64,000 nt of DNA. It comes from an uncultured Verrucomicrobiae bacterium. Lineage in GTDB: Bacteria > Verrucomicrobiota > Verrucomicrobiia > Limisphaerales > UBA11358. The number at the start of each line of letters is the position of its first letter. The stretch's first letter is position 1. The notes below the pieces were generated by a model. That model made no database searches and was not told the origin of the DNA. It worked only from the letters and a program-made list of their open reading frames with translations. Both the position numbers and the translations under genes were made by a program. Of the stretch, positions 17,843-28,845 are shown piece after piece. The stretch covers positions 582,063 to 646,062 of the forward strand of contig CAVVAN010000004.1 of NCBI GenBank assembly GCA_963746345.1. Reading direction: 5' to 3'.

Positions 17843-18527
17843 TTACACCGATCCCGGCGCAATTCCACTTTTCACTCCTGTGTGCCGGATGTCCTGCGCT
17901 TCGCAGAGATAAACGACGTCTTCGGCGACGTTCGTCGCGTGGTCGGCGATGCGTTCGAGGCTTTTGGCGGCGACGATCCAGTGGAGGCAGCGGCCGATCG
18001 TGCCGGGATTTTCCACCATGTGCTGCGCGAGCGCGGCGTGAATTTGTTTGTTGAGCGCGTCCACTTCCTTGTCGCGCGGGATGATGGCGCGCGCGGCGGC
18101 GGAATCGCGATTCACAAACGCGTCGAGCGCGTCCTTGAGCATGTCCAGCGCAAGGGCGGCCATGCGCGGCAAATCCAGGTTGATTTTAACTGGCGGTTCC
18201 TGCGAAAGGTCGCGCGCGCGCTTGGCGATTTTCGTCGCCTCGTCGCCGATGCGTTCGAGGTCCTGTGAAATTTTCATGGCGACGGTGACGAGGCGCAGGT
18301 TGCGTCGCGAGCGGCGCCTGGGTCAGAAGCTGGATGGCCAGGTCGTCAATCTCGACTTCAAACTGGTCAATGACGCGGTCGTCTTCCTTGACGCGGAGCG
18401 CGAGGTCAGTGTCGCGCTGGACTGAGCGCTTGCACGGCCTGGTTCACGGCGGTCTCGGCGTGGCTGGCCATCGTCAGAAGTTTTTGCTTCAACGCTTCGA
18501 GTCCCGCTTCAAAATGATTTTCCATAA
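17843..18527 (-). pseudogene. phoU: phosphate signalling regulator PhoU (2 frameshifts)
   Basis: N-terminus MENHFEAGLEALKQKLLTMASHAETAVNQAV starts at 18527, the middle DTDLALRVKEDDRVIDQFEVEIDD is in another frame, and the C-terminal 144-aa ORF carries two ERI(G/A)DHATN-type motifs. Confidence 0.85.
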
Positions 18528-18544
18528 ACTGTTTTCAAAATAGC

Positions 18545-19324
18545 TCAACCGAACCGTCCTGTCACATAATCTTCCGTCTGTTTCTTCGACGGGCTGGTGA
18601 AAATTTTTGCCGTCGCGTCGAATTCGACCAGTTCGCCGAGGTAAAAAAACGCGGTGAAATCCGAAACGCGCGCGGCCTGCTGCATGTTGTGCGTGACGAT
18701 GACGATGGTATAATCCTTTTTCAATTCCAGGATCAACTCCTCGATTTTCGACGTGGCCAGCGGGTCGAGCGCGGACGCGGGTTCGTCCATGAGCAGAACT
18801 TCCGGCTGCACGGCGAGCGCGCGCGCGATGCAAAGCCGCTGCTGCTGGCCGCCGGACAAACTGATCGCGGGCGCGTGCAGGCGGTCTTTCACTTCGTCCC
18901 AAAGCGCGGCCATGCGCAACGATTGTTCGGTGCGTTCGGTGAGAATTTTTTTCTCGCGCACGCCATTCAATCGCAACCCGACGGTGACATTTTCGGAAAT
19001 GGACATCGTCGGAAACGGGTTTGATTTTTGAAAAACCATCCCGACGCGGCGGCGGACGACGACCGGCTCGACGTTGCGCGAATAAATGTCGTCGCCGAAC
19101 AAATTGATTTCGCCTTCCATGCGCGCCTCAGGATTCAACTCGTGCATCCGGTTGAGCGCGCGAAGAAAAGTGGACTTGCCGCAGCCGCTCGGCCCGATGA
19201 TGGCGGTGACGGCCCTGGCTGTGATGTCGAGCGAAACATTTTTGACCGCCTTATTCGCGCCGAAAAAAACCGAAAGATTGCGGACAATCAGCGCGGCGTC
19301 GGAATTATTTTGGTTGGTGGCCAT
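18545..19324 (-). CDS. pstB: phosphate ABC transporter ATP-binding protein PstB
   Basis: Intact 259 aa. Walker [10 protein letters not shown], signature LSGGQQQRL, Walker B LLMDEP. Confidence 0.9.
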   Translation of the reverse strand: MATNQNNSDAALIVRNLSVFFGANKAVKNVSLDITARAVTAIIGPSGCGKSTFLRALNRMHELNPEARMEGEINLFGDDIYSRNVEPVVVRRRVGMVFQKSNPFPTMSISENVTVGLRLNGVREKKILTERTEQSLRMAALWDEVKDRLHAPAISLSGGQQQRLCIARALAVQPEVLLMDEPASALDPLATSKIEELILELKKDYTIVIVTHNMQQAARVSDFTAFFYLGELVEFDATAKIFTSPSKKQTEDYVTGRFG

Positions 19325-19328
19325 GAAA

Positions 19329-20179
19329 TCAGATTTTGCGTTGGAAACGGTCGCGTGTCAAAAAGCGCACGCCGACGTTGATGGCGAGCACGAGCAGCAG
19401 CAGCACGAGCGCGCCCGCCCACGCCTGCCGATGCCAGTCGTCGTAAGGCGAAATCGCGTAGGCAAAAATTTGCAGCGGCATCGCGGCGATGGGTTCGGTC
19501 AGATTGTGCGCCCAGAAACGGTTGCCGAGCGCGGTGAACAGCAGCGGCGCGGTTTCGCCCGCCACGCGTGCGAGCGCGAGCAGAACGCCGGTGACAATTC
19601 CCTTCAACGCGGTGCGAATCACAATTTGCACAATCGTTTTCCATTTTGAAATTCCCAGCGCGAGCGCTGCTTCGCGGTAGCCGCCCGGCACAAGTTGCAA
19701 AACTTCCTCGGTCGTCCGCATCACCAGTGGAATCATCATCATGCCGAGAACGACGCCGCCCGCGAGCGCGGAAAATCCGTGCATCGGCACAACCATCAGC
19801 GCATAAACGACGATGCCCCAGGTGATGGAAGGCACGCCGTTCAAAATGTCGGCGGCGAAACGGATCCCCAGTTCAATTTTGTCCCGCCGTATTCGGAAAG
19901 AAAAACGCCGCCAAGCACGCCAACCGGCACGCCGATGACTGCAGCCTGTCCGAGCAAAATAAATGTCCCGACAATGGCGTTGCCCATGCCGCCGCCAACT
20001 TCGCCGACGGGTTTTGGCAATTGCGTGAAGAACGCCAGATTGATCGAGCTGAAACCTTCCTTGATCAAATGATAAAACACGAGCAGCAGCGGCATGACGA
20101 CGAGAATCGCACATGCGAACGAGAGCGTTTGCATGAACACGTTCTTGAAATTGCGCCAGTTGTGGTTCGGTGCGGTCAT
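19329..20179 (-). pseudogene. pstA: phosphate ABC transporter permease PstA (1 frameshift near 19870)
   Basis: The N-terminal 112-aa ORF (20179..) and the C-terminal part of ORF 19329..20114 (EAALALGISKWKT.. EAA loop) join across the cccc run at ~19867. Confidence 0.85.
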
Positions 20180-20181
20180 TT

Positions 20182-21132
20182 TTAATGCTGGGGCTTCACG
20201 CTCGGCCCGGCGAAAGTTTTCAAAAGCAGTTGCGCGACGATGTTGACGAGCACGGTCACGCCGAGCAGCACGAGGCCGATTTCAAACAGCGCGCTCGGAT
20301 ACAAATCGCCGGTGGCTTCGTTGAATTCATTCGCGATGACGCTGGCGAGCGTGTAGCCGGGCGCAAAAAGTGATTTGACGATTTGCGGCGTATTGCCGAT
20401 GACCATCGTGACGGCCATCGTTTCGCCGAGCGCGCGGCCAAGGCCGAGAATCACCGCGCCGAACAAACCTTTTTTTGCGTAGCTCAAAACGGCGATGCGC
20501 GTGACTTCCCAGCGCGTCGCGCCGAGCGCGTAGGCGGCTTCGCGTTGCAGGCCGGGAACGGAACGCAAAATTTCGCGGGAGACGGACGTGATGATGGGAA
20601 TGATCATGATGGCGACGATGATTCCGCCCGCCAGCATGCTGACGCCGTAAATCGGGCCTTTGAAAAACGGCAGGAAGCCGAGGTATTTTTGCAGCAACGG
20701 AAAAAAGTGGTCGCGCAAGAACGGAACCATCACAAAAATTCCCCACAAACCGAGAATCACGCTCGGCACGGCGGCGAGGAGTTCGATGAACATGATGAGC
20801 GGCTGGCGCAGCCAGAGCGGCGCGAGTTCGGTGAGATAAACGGCGGTGGCGATGCTGATGGGCACGGCGATGATGAGCGCGATGGCCGACGAAACAAGCG
20901 TGCCGAAAATGAACGGCAGCGCGCCATAGACATCGTTGACCGGATCCCAGTCGCTGCGTGACCAGAAAATGCCAGCCGAATTTTTGGAGCGCGAGATTGC
21001 GAACCACGAAACAACTCAAAGCCGATGAGCGCAATCAACACAAAAATGGAAAACGCCATGGCCAGCGTCAGCCATTTGAAGGCGCGGTCGCCGAATTGGC
21101 CTCCGGCGTTTTTCTTGTGCGTTTCCGTTCAC
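20182..21132 (-). pseudogene. pstC: phosphate ABC transporter permease PstC (about 3 frameshifts)
   Basis: Proposed GTG start at 21132 after aggaa. Segments GDRAFKWLTLAMAFSIFVLIAL, LALQKFGWHFLVT and the 227-aa C-terminal ORF (EAAYALGATRWE EAA loop) lie in three frames. Confidence 0.8.
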
Positions 21133-21235
21133 AATTATTCCTTTGTTCCTAAAATCAAACGGACGAAGAGCGGGAGGAATTGCGCTCTTCGTCCGGCCCA
21201 CGCCCACAAATTATCGGGCGGCGCGGCGATGTCAT

Positions 21236-22310
21236 CATTTGATTGTGTCGAGCATTTTCAATTCACGTTGCTGGACTTCGTCCGGCAATGGCGCGTAGTC
21301 GAGCGTGGGCGAAATTTTCTGGCCTTCGGTGACCGCCCATTTCAAAAACGCGACGAGTTTTGCGCCGTTGGCTGCGTTCTTGGATTTTTGATAAACAAGC
21401 ACCCAGCTTGCGCCGGAAATCGGATACGCATTCGTCGCCGGGCGCGTTGACCATTGAGAAACGAAAGTCGTCGGGGATTTTCGCGGTGGCGAGCGCGGCG
21501 CTGACGGAATCGGGTGCGGGCGAAATGAAATTGCCGGAGGAATTTTTCATGTCGGCGAAGGGAATTTTGTTCTGGTCGGCGTAGGCGAGTTCCGCATAGC
21601 CGATGCCGCCAGGAAGTTGCTTGACCTGTCCGGCCACGCCTTCGCTGCCTTTGGCGGCAAGGCCGATGCCTGCCGGCCATTTCACGGACGAGCCTTTGCC
21701 GACGCTGTCAGCCCACGCGGGATTCACGCTGCTCAAGTAATCGGTGAAGATGAAACTTGTGCCGCTGCCGTCAGCGCGGTGAACCGGGATGATGCTCGTG
21801 TCCGGCAAATCAACGCCCGGATTGAGCGCGGCGATTTTCGGGTCGTTCCACTTGGTGATGTTGCCAAGATAAATATTGGCGAGCGTGTCGCCGTCCAGTT
21901 TCAATTTCGGGCTGCCGGGCAGATTGTAAATGACGGCCACGCCGCCGGCGACGATGGGGATGTGCAGGATTTTTCCCGGTGCAGCAGCCATCGCTTCGTC
22001 TTTCATCGGTGCGTCGGACGCGCCGAAATCCACGGTCTGGGTCGTGCAGGTTTTTTATTCCGCCGCCGGAGCCGATGGATTGGTAATTGAATTGCACGTT
22101 CGGATCCACCTTGGCATAAGCCTCGAACCATTTGGTGAAGGCCGGGTAATCAAACGTCGAACCCGCGCCGGTGATGGTCTGGGCGTTGGTTTGCGCCGCC
22201 AGCAAAACCGCAGTGCCGACGACTGCAATATGACGTTTCGCGTTTGAAATGGCCAAAATCACCGCAAGCAAACCACTGACGCCAAGAAGCGAGAGAATTG
22301 TTTTTTTCAT
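21236..22310 (-). pseudogene. pstS: phosphate-binding protein PstS (2 frameshifts)
   Basis: Signal peptide then [14 protein letters not shown] (N-terminal ORF). Middle ORF ..[20 protein letters not shown]... C-terminus NAYPISGASWVLVYQK...LPDEVQQRELKMLDTIK* is in a third frame. Confidence 0.85.
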
Positions 22311-22373
22311 TTATTAAAGTATTAAAGTAGTTAATCAGTTTTTCGTTTTTTAATCACGTTACATTCCGGTTAA

Positions 22374-23750
22374 TTAGAATTTCCACATCAGGTCGGCCAT
22401 GGCGTGAACCGCATCGGTTTTTGCAGTCGGAAAGCCCGTGTTATTGTTAATCAAATCATTGATGTAACAGGTGACCGTGAAGGTCAATGAATCAAGGATC
22501 GAATAGTTGAACTTAACCAAATGTCCCCTGATGTTCGTTCCTCCCGCTGCGGTGCCTGCTATCAAAGAAGCGGGAAAAACGGCGATATTGTCATCATCCA
22601 CAATTTGATCCCACCACGCATCGGCATCGAGTCGTTGATAACGGTAGGACAAGTCCCATGTGCCTTTCTTGCCGGATTTGCCAAACGTAACGCCGCCCCA
22701 CCAGCCTTCGTTGTTGCTTGCGGCGGCAGGATTGTTCATGTATTCGCCAGCGAACTTGATTGGAAATGCGCCCGTATAAAGTGGAAAGCTGTCCAGTGTA
22801 TATGTGAAACTGCCGCTGGCGACAATGGGATTAAAGTCGCTCGCAGGCAGGCCTGACAAGGCAATCGTATTGCCCAAATTCGAATCGTAAGAAGCTCCGG
22901 TTGGAAATGTGGCAACAAGGTGTGACTCATCCGCAATGTCGTAACCTGCAATGCCAAGAGAAGTGCCAATGTGGGAAGTCAATTTGGAATTCCAAATGAC
23001 TTGGCCGCCATAAAGAAACGGCCCGCGCGTATTTAACTGATCGAGCACAAATGCCGCGCCATTGAATGCGAGTGAGTTGTCAGTATTGAATTTGTAAGTC
23101 GCCTGCAATGCGCCTCCTTCCGGTGTGTAATCGGAATCAAACAGCATCGGCGACGCCTGAAACGGCTGATCCATTTTGCCGATGGTTCCAGCCACCACCC
23201 AAGTATCGTTGTTGATGGGCGTCCATCTGCCATAAGCCGCATCCACATAAATCATTTTTTTCGAACCATTGCCCTGAAGCGTGGAATTGTTCGACAATGG
23301 ATTGCCGCCTTTTGCCGCCGTTGTGCCCGCATCGTCCGTGCCCAAACGAAAACCGACCTGCATATCATCCTTCATATTGATCAACAACCCGACGCGCAGA
23401 CGATAACGCAAACGAATGTTGTTATCGTCTCCTCCGGCAGCAGTATGGATGTCGGTGCTCACATCATCGAACCGCCCGCGAAAATCACCGCTCAATTTAT
23501 AACTCGTCACCCAGTCCGGTATGGGAAATCTGGAGTTCATTGCCGCATTGAAGTCCGCCACGGTATTCGTTTCGTTTTCCGCTTTTAACTCCTTTGCTTC
23601 GTCCACCGTCAAAACGCCTTTCTGCTCCAGCTTGTTGAGCAATGCGTCCACAGACGATTGCGCGTGAATTTGAGGAGTAAGCGCCATCAGCGCCGCCGCG
23701 CCGGCGAACATTGCGATTTTGGTGGGATTCTGTTTCTTGAATTTTTTCAT
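22374..23750 (-). CDS. outer-membrane porin, probably phosphate-selective OprO/P-like
   Basis: Intact 458 aa. Signal peptide, N-terminal coiled segment SSVDALLNKLEQKGVLTVDEAKELK, beta-rich body ending in aromatic ..LMWKF. Lies directly upstream of pstS on the same strand. Confidence 0.6.
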   Translation of the reverse strand: MKKFKKQNPTKIAMFAGAAALMALTPQIHAQSSVDALLNKLEQKGVLTVDEAKELKAENETNTVADFNAAMNSRFPIPDWVTSYKLSGDFRGRFDDVSTDIHTAAGGDDNNIRLRYRLRVGLLINMKDDMQVGFRLGTDDAGTTAAKGGNPLSNNSTLQGNGSKKMIYVDAAYGRWTPINNDTWVVAGTIGKMDQPFQASPMLFDSDYTPEGGALQATYKFNTDNSLAFNGAAFVLDQLNTRGPFLYGGQVIWNSKLTSHIGTSLGIAGYDIADESHLVATFPTGASYDSNLGNTIALSGLPASDFNPIVASGSFTYTLDSFPLYTGAFPIKFAGEYMNNPAAASNNEGWWGGVTFGKSGKKGTWDLSYRYQRLDADAWWDQIVDDDNIAVFPASLIAGTAAGGTNIRGHLVKFNYSILDSLTFTVTCYINDLINNNTGFPTAKTDAVHAMADLMWKF

Positions 23751-23850
23751 TGTGGTTGTGGATTTCTAATGCGGCGACACGTTGAAACCTTTCCGTTACA
23801 ACCACGCGGCGGAACTGTTACGATTCAGTGACAAGTTTTCGTCGGACAAA

Positions 23851-24405
23851 CTACATCGCGCGAAAAACAGTCAGTCCGAGCAGCACAATGAAAAGGGCGA
23901 ACGACAGTCGAATCGCACTGCCGATTCTGACGCGACTTTCCGTCGCCGTGGCAAAATTCAAAAAGTCGCGCAATTTCCACGGTGTCACCGTGAACCAGAT
24001 TCCGGCGACGATTAAAATGTAAGCCCAGATTTGAATGACTAAAACCCACCGCGTTTCGCCCAGATGCAAGCGTCCCGTGTCCACCATCAGTTTTCCCAGC
24101 AACAGCGCCAAGACCGCAAGACCGCGCACCGCCAGAAAATCCTGCACAAAAACGCACGTCAACAAACCAATCGCTCCAAAAGCAACCATCATGTAAGTTT
24201 TGTAAGCCGAAAAATCCGCGAGCGACTCGCTGTTGACGTTCCACAAAAACCACGCCGTGCCGAGCAGCATCAGAAAAATGCCGGCGGGCAGGTTGCGCGG
24301 AAATTTGCGCGCGGCGGCGGCGAATTGCACGGGCTTCGTCAGCCCATAAATCTGCGGCACACTCATGCCGACACCGAGCAAGATGGACAAAAGCGACAGT
24401 TTCAT
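23851..24405 (-). CDS. polytopic membrane protein of unknown function
   Basis: 184 aa with ~5 hydrophobic helices. Confidence 0.5.
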   Translation of the reverse strand: MKLSLLSILLGVGMSVPQIYGLTKPVQFAAAARKFPRNLPAGIFLMLLGTAWFLWNVNSESLADFSAYKTYMMVAFGAIGLLTCVFVQDFLAVRGLAVLALLLGKLMVDTGRLHLGETRWVLVIQIWAYILIVAGIWFTVTPWKLRDFLNFATATESRVRIGSAIRLSFALFIVLLGLTVFRAM

Positions 24406-24454
24406 TTTAGAAAGCTAACCACGAATTGACACAAAAGGACATGAAAAATTCAAT

Positions 24455-25288
24455 ATGGACAATCTGTCACATTCAAATACCGTGACCTGCATGAAATCTG
24501 TCGCCGCTTGGAGCATTTCTTTTGCGCTGGTTCTTTTGCTGGCAGGCTGTGCAAGTAAGCCGCTGATTACCGTTAAGTTATTCAACCGCACTGGTGGCGC
24601 TTGTCAAAGTGTCAGCATCGAACTGAACGGCAAGTCGGAAGATTTAGCCGGAAATGTGCCAAACGGTGATTCGGACTTTACTTCCGATTATTGGCCAAAT
24701 CCAATGCCAGCGAATGCAACTCTCCGATGGGTAACACAAGATCAAAGCAGATATTCAATAACTTTGGGTCTTCCAAAATCTTCTGTTAGTCACGCGGAAT
24801 TTCTCGACTACGAATTCGTTATTTTACCAAGTGGTCGTGCCAGTTTGATTCTTCTTGCGTGGAGCGGTGAACCTACTGAAACAAAAGTTGAACACGACAT
24901 TGTGCTCGAAAATAAATTGTGTTGCGATGGGGGTCCGAACTATCGCGTAGCAGTAAAGGATATGACCGGCTTCATTATTGACGACTTGGACGTTCGATTT
25001 GGAACTTACGCCATCAATGCTGGCACACACTTGAGTAACATTGGGCAAAATTACAGCATCGCAACTGGCCTTCCTTATCCAGTCACAAAATTGGCTTCTC
25101 TGCATTGGATGACAAGCGACGGGCATTCATGGGACAAAGTTGTTGATTTAACAAATATTTTGCCTCCTGAACTTAACGACAAATGCTTTTGGTTTATACT
25201 TAAAGAACAAGGAAATGTGGAAGTAAAAATTGTCGGGTGGAATGATTTACGCGCTGGCAAATATCCTGATCTTTGCCACGGATTCTAA
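24455..25288 (+). CDS. lipoprotein of unknown function
   Basis: 277 aa with lipobox LLLAGC|A. An alternative start at 24491 (MKSVAAW..) gives a canonical signal peptide. Composition is lower in GC. Confidence 0.55.
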   Translation: MDNLSHSNTVTCMKSVAAWSISFALVLLLAGCASKPLITVKLFNRTGGACQSVSIELNGKSEDLAGNVPNGDSDFTSDYWPNPMPANATLRWVTQDQSRYSITLGLPKSSVSHAEFLDYEFVILPSGRASLILLAWSGEPTETKVEHDIVLENKLCCDGGPNYRVAVKDMTGFIIDDLDVRFGTYAINAGTHLSNIGQNYSIATGLPYPVTKLASLHWMTSDGHSWDKVVDLTNILPPELNDKCFWFILKEQGNVEVKIVGWNDLRAGKYPDLCHGF

Positions 25289-25292
25289 TTTT

Positions 25293-26649
25293 TCACAAAT
25301 TCACAATCGCCGGGTCGCCGTAAAGCGTGAATGAACCGGCACGCGTGATTTTCAAATCCATGAGCTGGCCGCGATGCCGTTCCGCGCCGTCGAACAAAAC
25401 AATCTTGTTGCAGCGCGTGCGGCCGGACATCCGCGCCGCGTTTTTCTTGCTCGGCCCTTCCACAAGAATCTGCGTCTGCCGCCCGATGAAATTTTCATAT
25501 TTGCGCGCGCCGATTTCGTTGACGGTTTCCAGCAATCGCTGGTTTCGTTCCTCGCGGATTAATTGCGGGACTTGATCGGGCATTTCGGCGGCGGGCGTGT
25601 CGCGGCGCGGCGAGTATTTGAAGATGTAGGCGTTGTCGAATTCCACTTCGCGCGCGAGCGAGAGCGTTTCTTCAAAATCATTTTCCGTCTCGCCGGGAAA
25701 TCCGACGATGATGTCCGTCGTGATTCCGATTCCTGGTTTTGCGGCGCGCAATTTTTTAATGATGCCGAGAAATTTTTCGCGCGTGTAGCCGCGGTGCATG
25801 AGTTTCAGAACGCGGTCGCTGCCGCTTTGGACGGGAATGTGCGCGCTCTCGCAAAGTTTCGGCAGGCGCGCGTAGGCTTCGATCAAATCGTCGCCGTAAC
25901 CTTTCGGGTGCGGCGAGGTGAAGCGAATGCGTTCGAGTCCGTCAATTTCGTGAACGGCTTCGAGCAATTGCACAAATGGCGATTTGCCATTTTGAATCGG
26001 AATGTCGCGCTTGCCGTAGCTCGTCACAATCTGGCCGAGCAAGGTGATTTCTTTCACGCCGCGCGAAACAAGTTCGCGGCATTCATCGACAATGTCGGGA
26101 ATCGTGCGGCTGCGTTCCTCGCCGCGCGTGTAAGGCACGATGCAAAAGGTGCAATATTGGTTGCAGCCTTGCATGATGCTGACAAATGCGCTGACGGAGT
26201 TTTGGCGCTGGAAGCCGTTAGAGCAGATGCTCGCGGATGGTCGCCTCGCTGTTTTTTTCCTCGGCGACGTCCACGATTTTTTCGCGCGCGCCGGAAATGA
26301 TTTCGTCGAGGTAATCCGCCGTGCGATGAAATTTCTGCGTGCCGATGACCAGATCCACGTCGGGCAGTTTATCAATCAATTCCTGCCCGCGACTTTGCGC
26401 CATGCAGCCCATGAAACCGAGGACGACGTTGGGGCGATTCTTGCGAACGTCCGCCGCGAGGTTTTGCATTTTGCCAATCGCTTTTTGCTCCGCAAAATCG
26501 CGCACGCTGCAAGTGTTCAGCAAAACCACATCCGCCGTTTCTTCCGACGGCGCGAGCGAATAACCTTTGGCGACGAGTTGCGCGGCGACGGCTTCGCTGT
26601 CGCGCTCGTTCATCTGGCAACCGTAAGTTTTTATGAAAACACTGGGCAT
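25293..26649 (-). pseudogene. miaB: tRNA-i6A37 methylthiotransferase MiaB (1 frameshift near 26230)
   Basis: N-terminus MPSVFIKTYGCQMNERDSE (UPF0004 domain). Radical-SAM motif CNQYCTFC and the TRAM domain are in the 360-aa ORF. Confidence 0.9.
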
Positions 26650-26806
26650 TTTTTTCAGCAGACAAAATACGCCTTCAAGTCGTTGCTTGAAAAGCGCAAT
26701 TCAATTTATGTGACGCAACTCGCTTGCAGGCGCGCGCCAAAGTTGTATTCTTTGCGCGGACGACAAAAGGATTTGGCGTCGCGTCGCAAAGCGAGCCGAT
26801 TGCATT

Positions 26807-28830
26807 ATGGAATCAGAATCATTGAAAGTTTTATTCATCGGGAGTGACGAGAATTTCGCGCGCGCCATCGCCGGAATGCTGCAGGAAGCGGGCGGAACGA
26901 TCAAAGCCGACTTCGTTCCGGCGCTTGAAGCCGGTTTTGCCACTCTCAAAAAAAATTCTTTTGACGCCATTTTGTTTGAACTGCCAACGGCGAACACCGC
27001 CGGTTTGTTTCAGGCCACTTCGCTCGCCATCAAAGCCCAGCGCGTGCCGGTGATTGTTTTTGGCTCGGCTACCGACGAGGCTTTTGCGGTCGAGGCCGTC
27101 CGCGCCGGCGCGCAGGATTATCTTGCGAAGGAACATCTCGACGCGCAGGCGTTGCAACGCGCCATCCGTTGCGCGATTGAACGCCAGCAGGAACGCATCG
27201 TCTTGATCAATGAAAAGGAAAATTATCACGGCATTTTTGACCATCTCGTGGAAGGCATTTTCCGCACGACGCCCGACGGACATTATCTGCTGGCGAACAT
27301 CGCGCTGGCGCGCATCTACGGCTACAATTCGCCGGTGGAATTGATGGCCAGCATCACGGACATCGGGCGCAATCTTTATGTCAAACCCGAACGGCGCGAG
27401 GAATTCGTCCGGTTGATGCAGACAAGATGACACGTTGACCGGTTTTGAATCGGAAATTTACCGCAAGGATGGCGACATGATCTGGATTTCAGAAAATTGC
27501 CGCGCCGTGCGCGACGCGCAGGGAAAATTGCTCCACTACGAGGGAACCGTTGAGGACATCACGCAAAAACGGCGGATGGGAGAAGCCTTGCAAAGGTCGG
27601 AATCTCTTTATCATTCGCTGGTCGAAACGATGCCGCAGGGTGTTTTTCGCCGCGATTCTCAAGGCCGCTTCACGTTCGCCAATCAGCCATATTGCAAGTA
27701 TCATCGCGTCAAACCCGAAGACATCATCGGAAAAACCGACTTTGATCTTTATCCCAAAGAAGCTGCGGAAAAATACTGGCGCGATGATTTGAACGTCATG
27801 GAAAAAGGCGAGACGGTGGAAATCCTCGAAGAAAGCCAGCCGGTCGGCAGCGAGGAAAAAAACTATCATCACGTCATCAAAACGCCGCTGCGCGACGAGG
27901 TGGGCCGAGTGATCGGCTTGCAAGGCATGTTTTGGGATGTCACCGAGAAAATTCGCGCGGAAGAACAAATCCGCAAAACGAGCGCCGAGCTCGCACGCAG
28001 CCGCGAGGAGTTGCGCGCAAAAAATCTGCGCGATGGAAGAAAATCTCCGCATGGCGCGCGAAATCCAGCTCGCAATGCTCCTGCAACAATATCCGACTTT
28101 TCCCCACAACGTGCCGCCGGAACAAAGCGCCTTTCAATTCGCGCACCGTTATCAGCCGGCGGAAACTATCAGCGGCGATTTTTTCAGCGTCTCGGCGCTT
28201 TCCGAAACGGAAGTCGGCGTGTTCATTTGCGACGTGACCGGCCACGGCGTGCGTGCCGCCTCGTCACCGCCATGATCCGCGCGCTCGTCGAGGAACTGAA
28301 ACCGCTCGCGCACGATCCCGGAATGTTTCTGCGCAAACTCAATTCCGACCTCTTCAACATCTTGAAAAACACCGGCTCGCCGATACTCACCACCGCATTT
28401 TATCTTGTCGCCAATTGCCAGACCGGCGTCATGCGTTTCGCCAACGCCGGACATCCAAAACCGTTGCATATCCGCCGCCGCGCGGATCAACGCGTCGAGC
28501 TGCTCGCCAACGCTGCCGGCAAAAGCCAGCCCGCGCTGGGTTTGTTCGATGACCCGCCATATCAAACCACGGAAACCAAACTTGAAGCCGGCGACTTCGT
28601 GATGCTTTTCACCGACGGCCTTTATGAAGTGCAAGGCCCGAATGAAGAATTGTATTCGCAGGAACGGCTGCTGTTGGATGTCAAAAGCCGCGCGCAAAAA
28701 TCCGCCGGCAGTTTTGTTCGACGAATTGCTGGAATCAATCCGCGCGTTTTCCATTGACCACGAATTTGAGGATGATGTCTGCCTCGTCGGCATGGAATAC
28801 GCCGACAAACCGTCGCAGAAAAAATCCTAA
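26807..28830 (+). pseudogene. receiver-PAS-PAS-PP2C (SpoIIE/RsbU-like) phosphatase (about 4 frameshifts)
   Basis: REC-like N-terminus, two PAS segments (..IFRTTPDGHYLLAN.. and ..GVFRRDSQGRFTFAN..), and PP2C motifs ETISGDFF, DVTGHGV, FTDGLYE spread over 4-5 frames. Ends ..DVCLVGMEYADKPSQKKS* at 28830. Confidence 0.8.
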
Positions 28831-28845
28831 ATTGCAGCGACAGGA

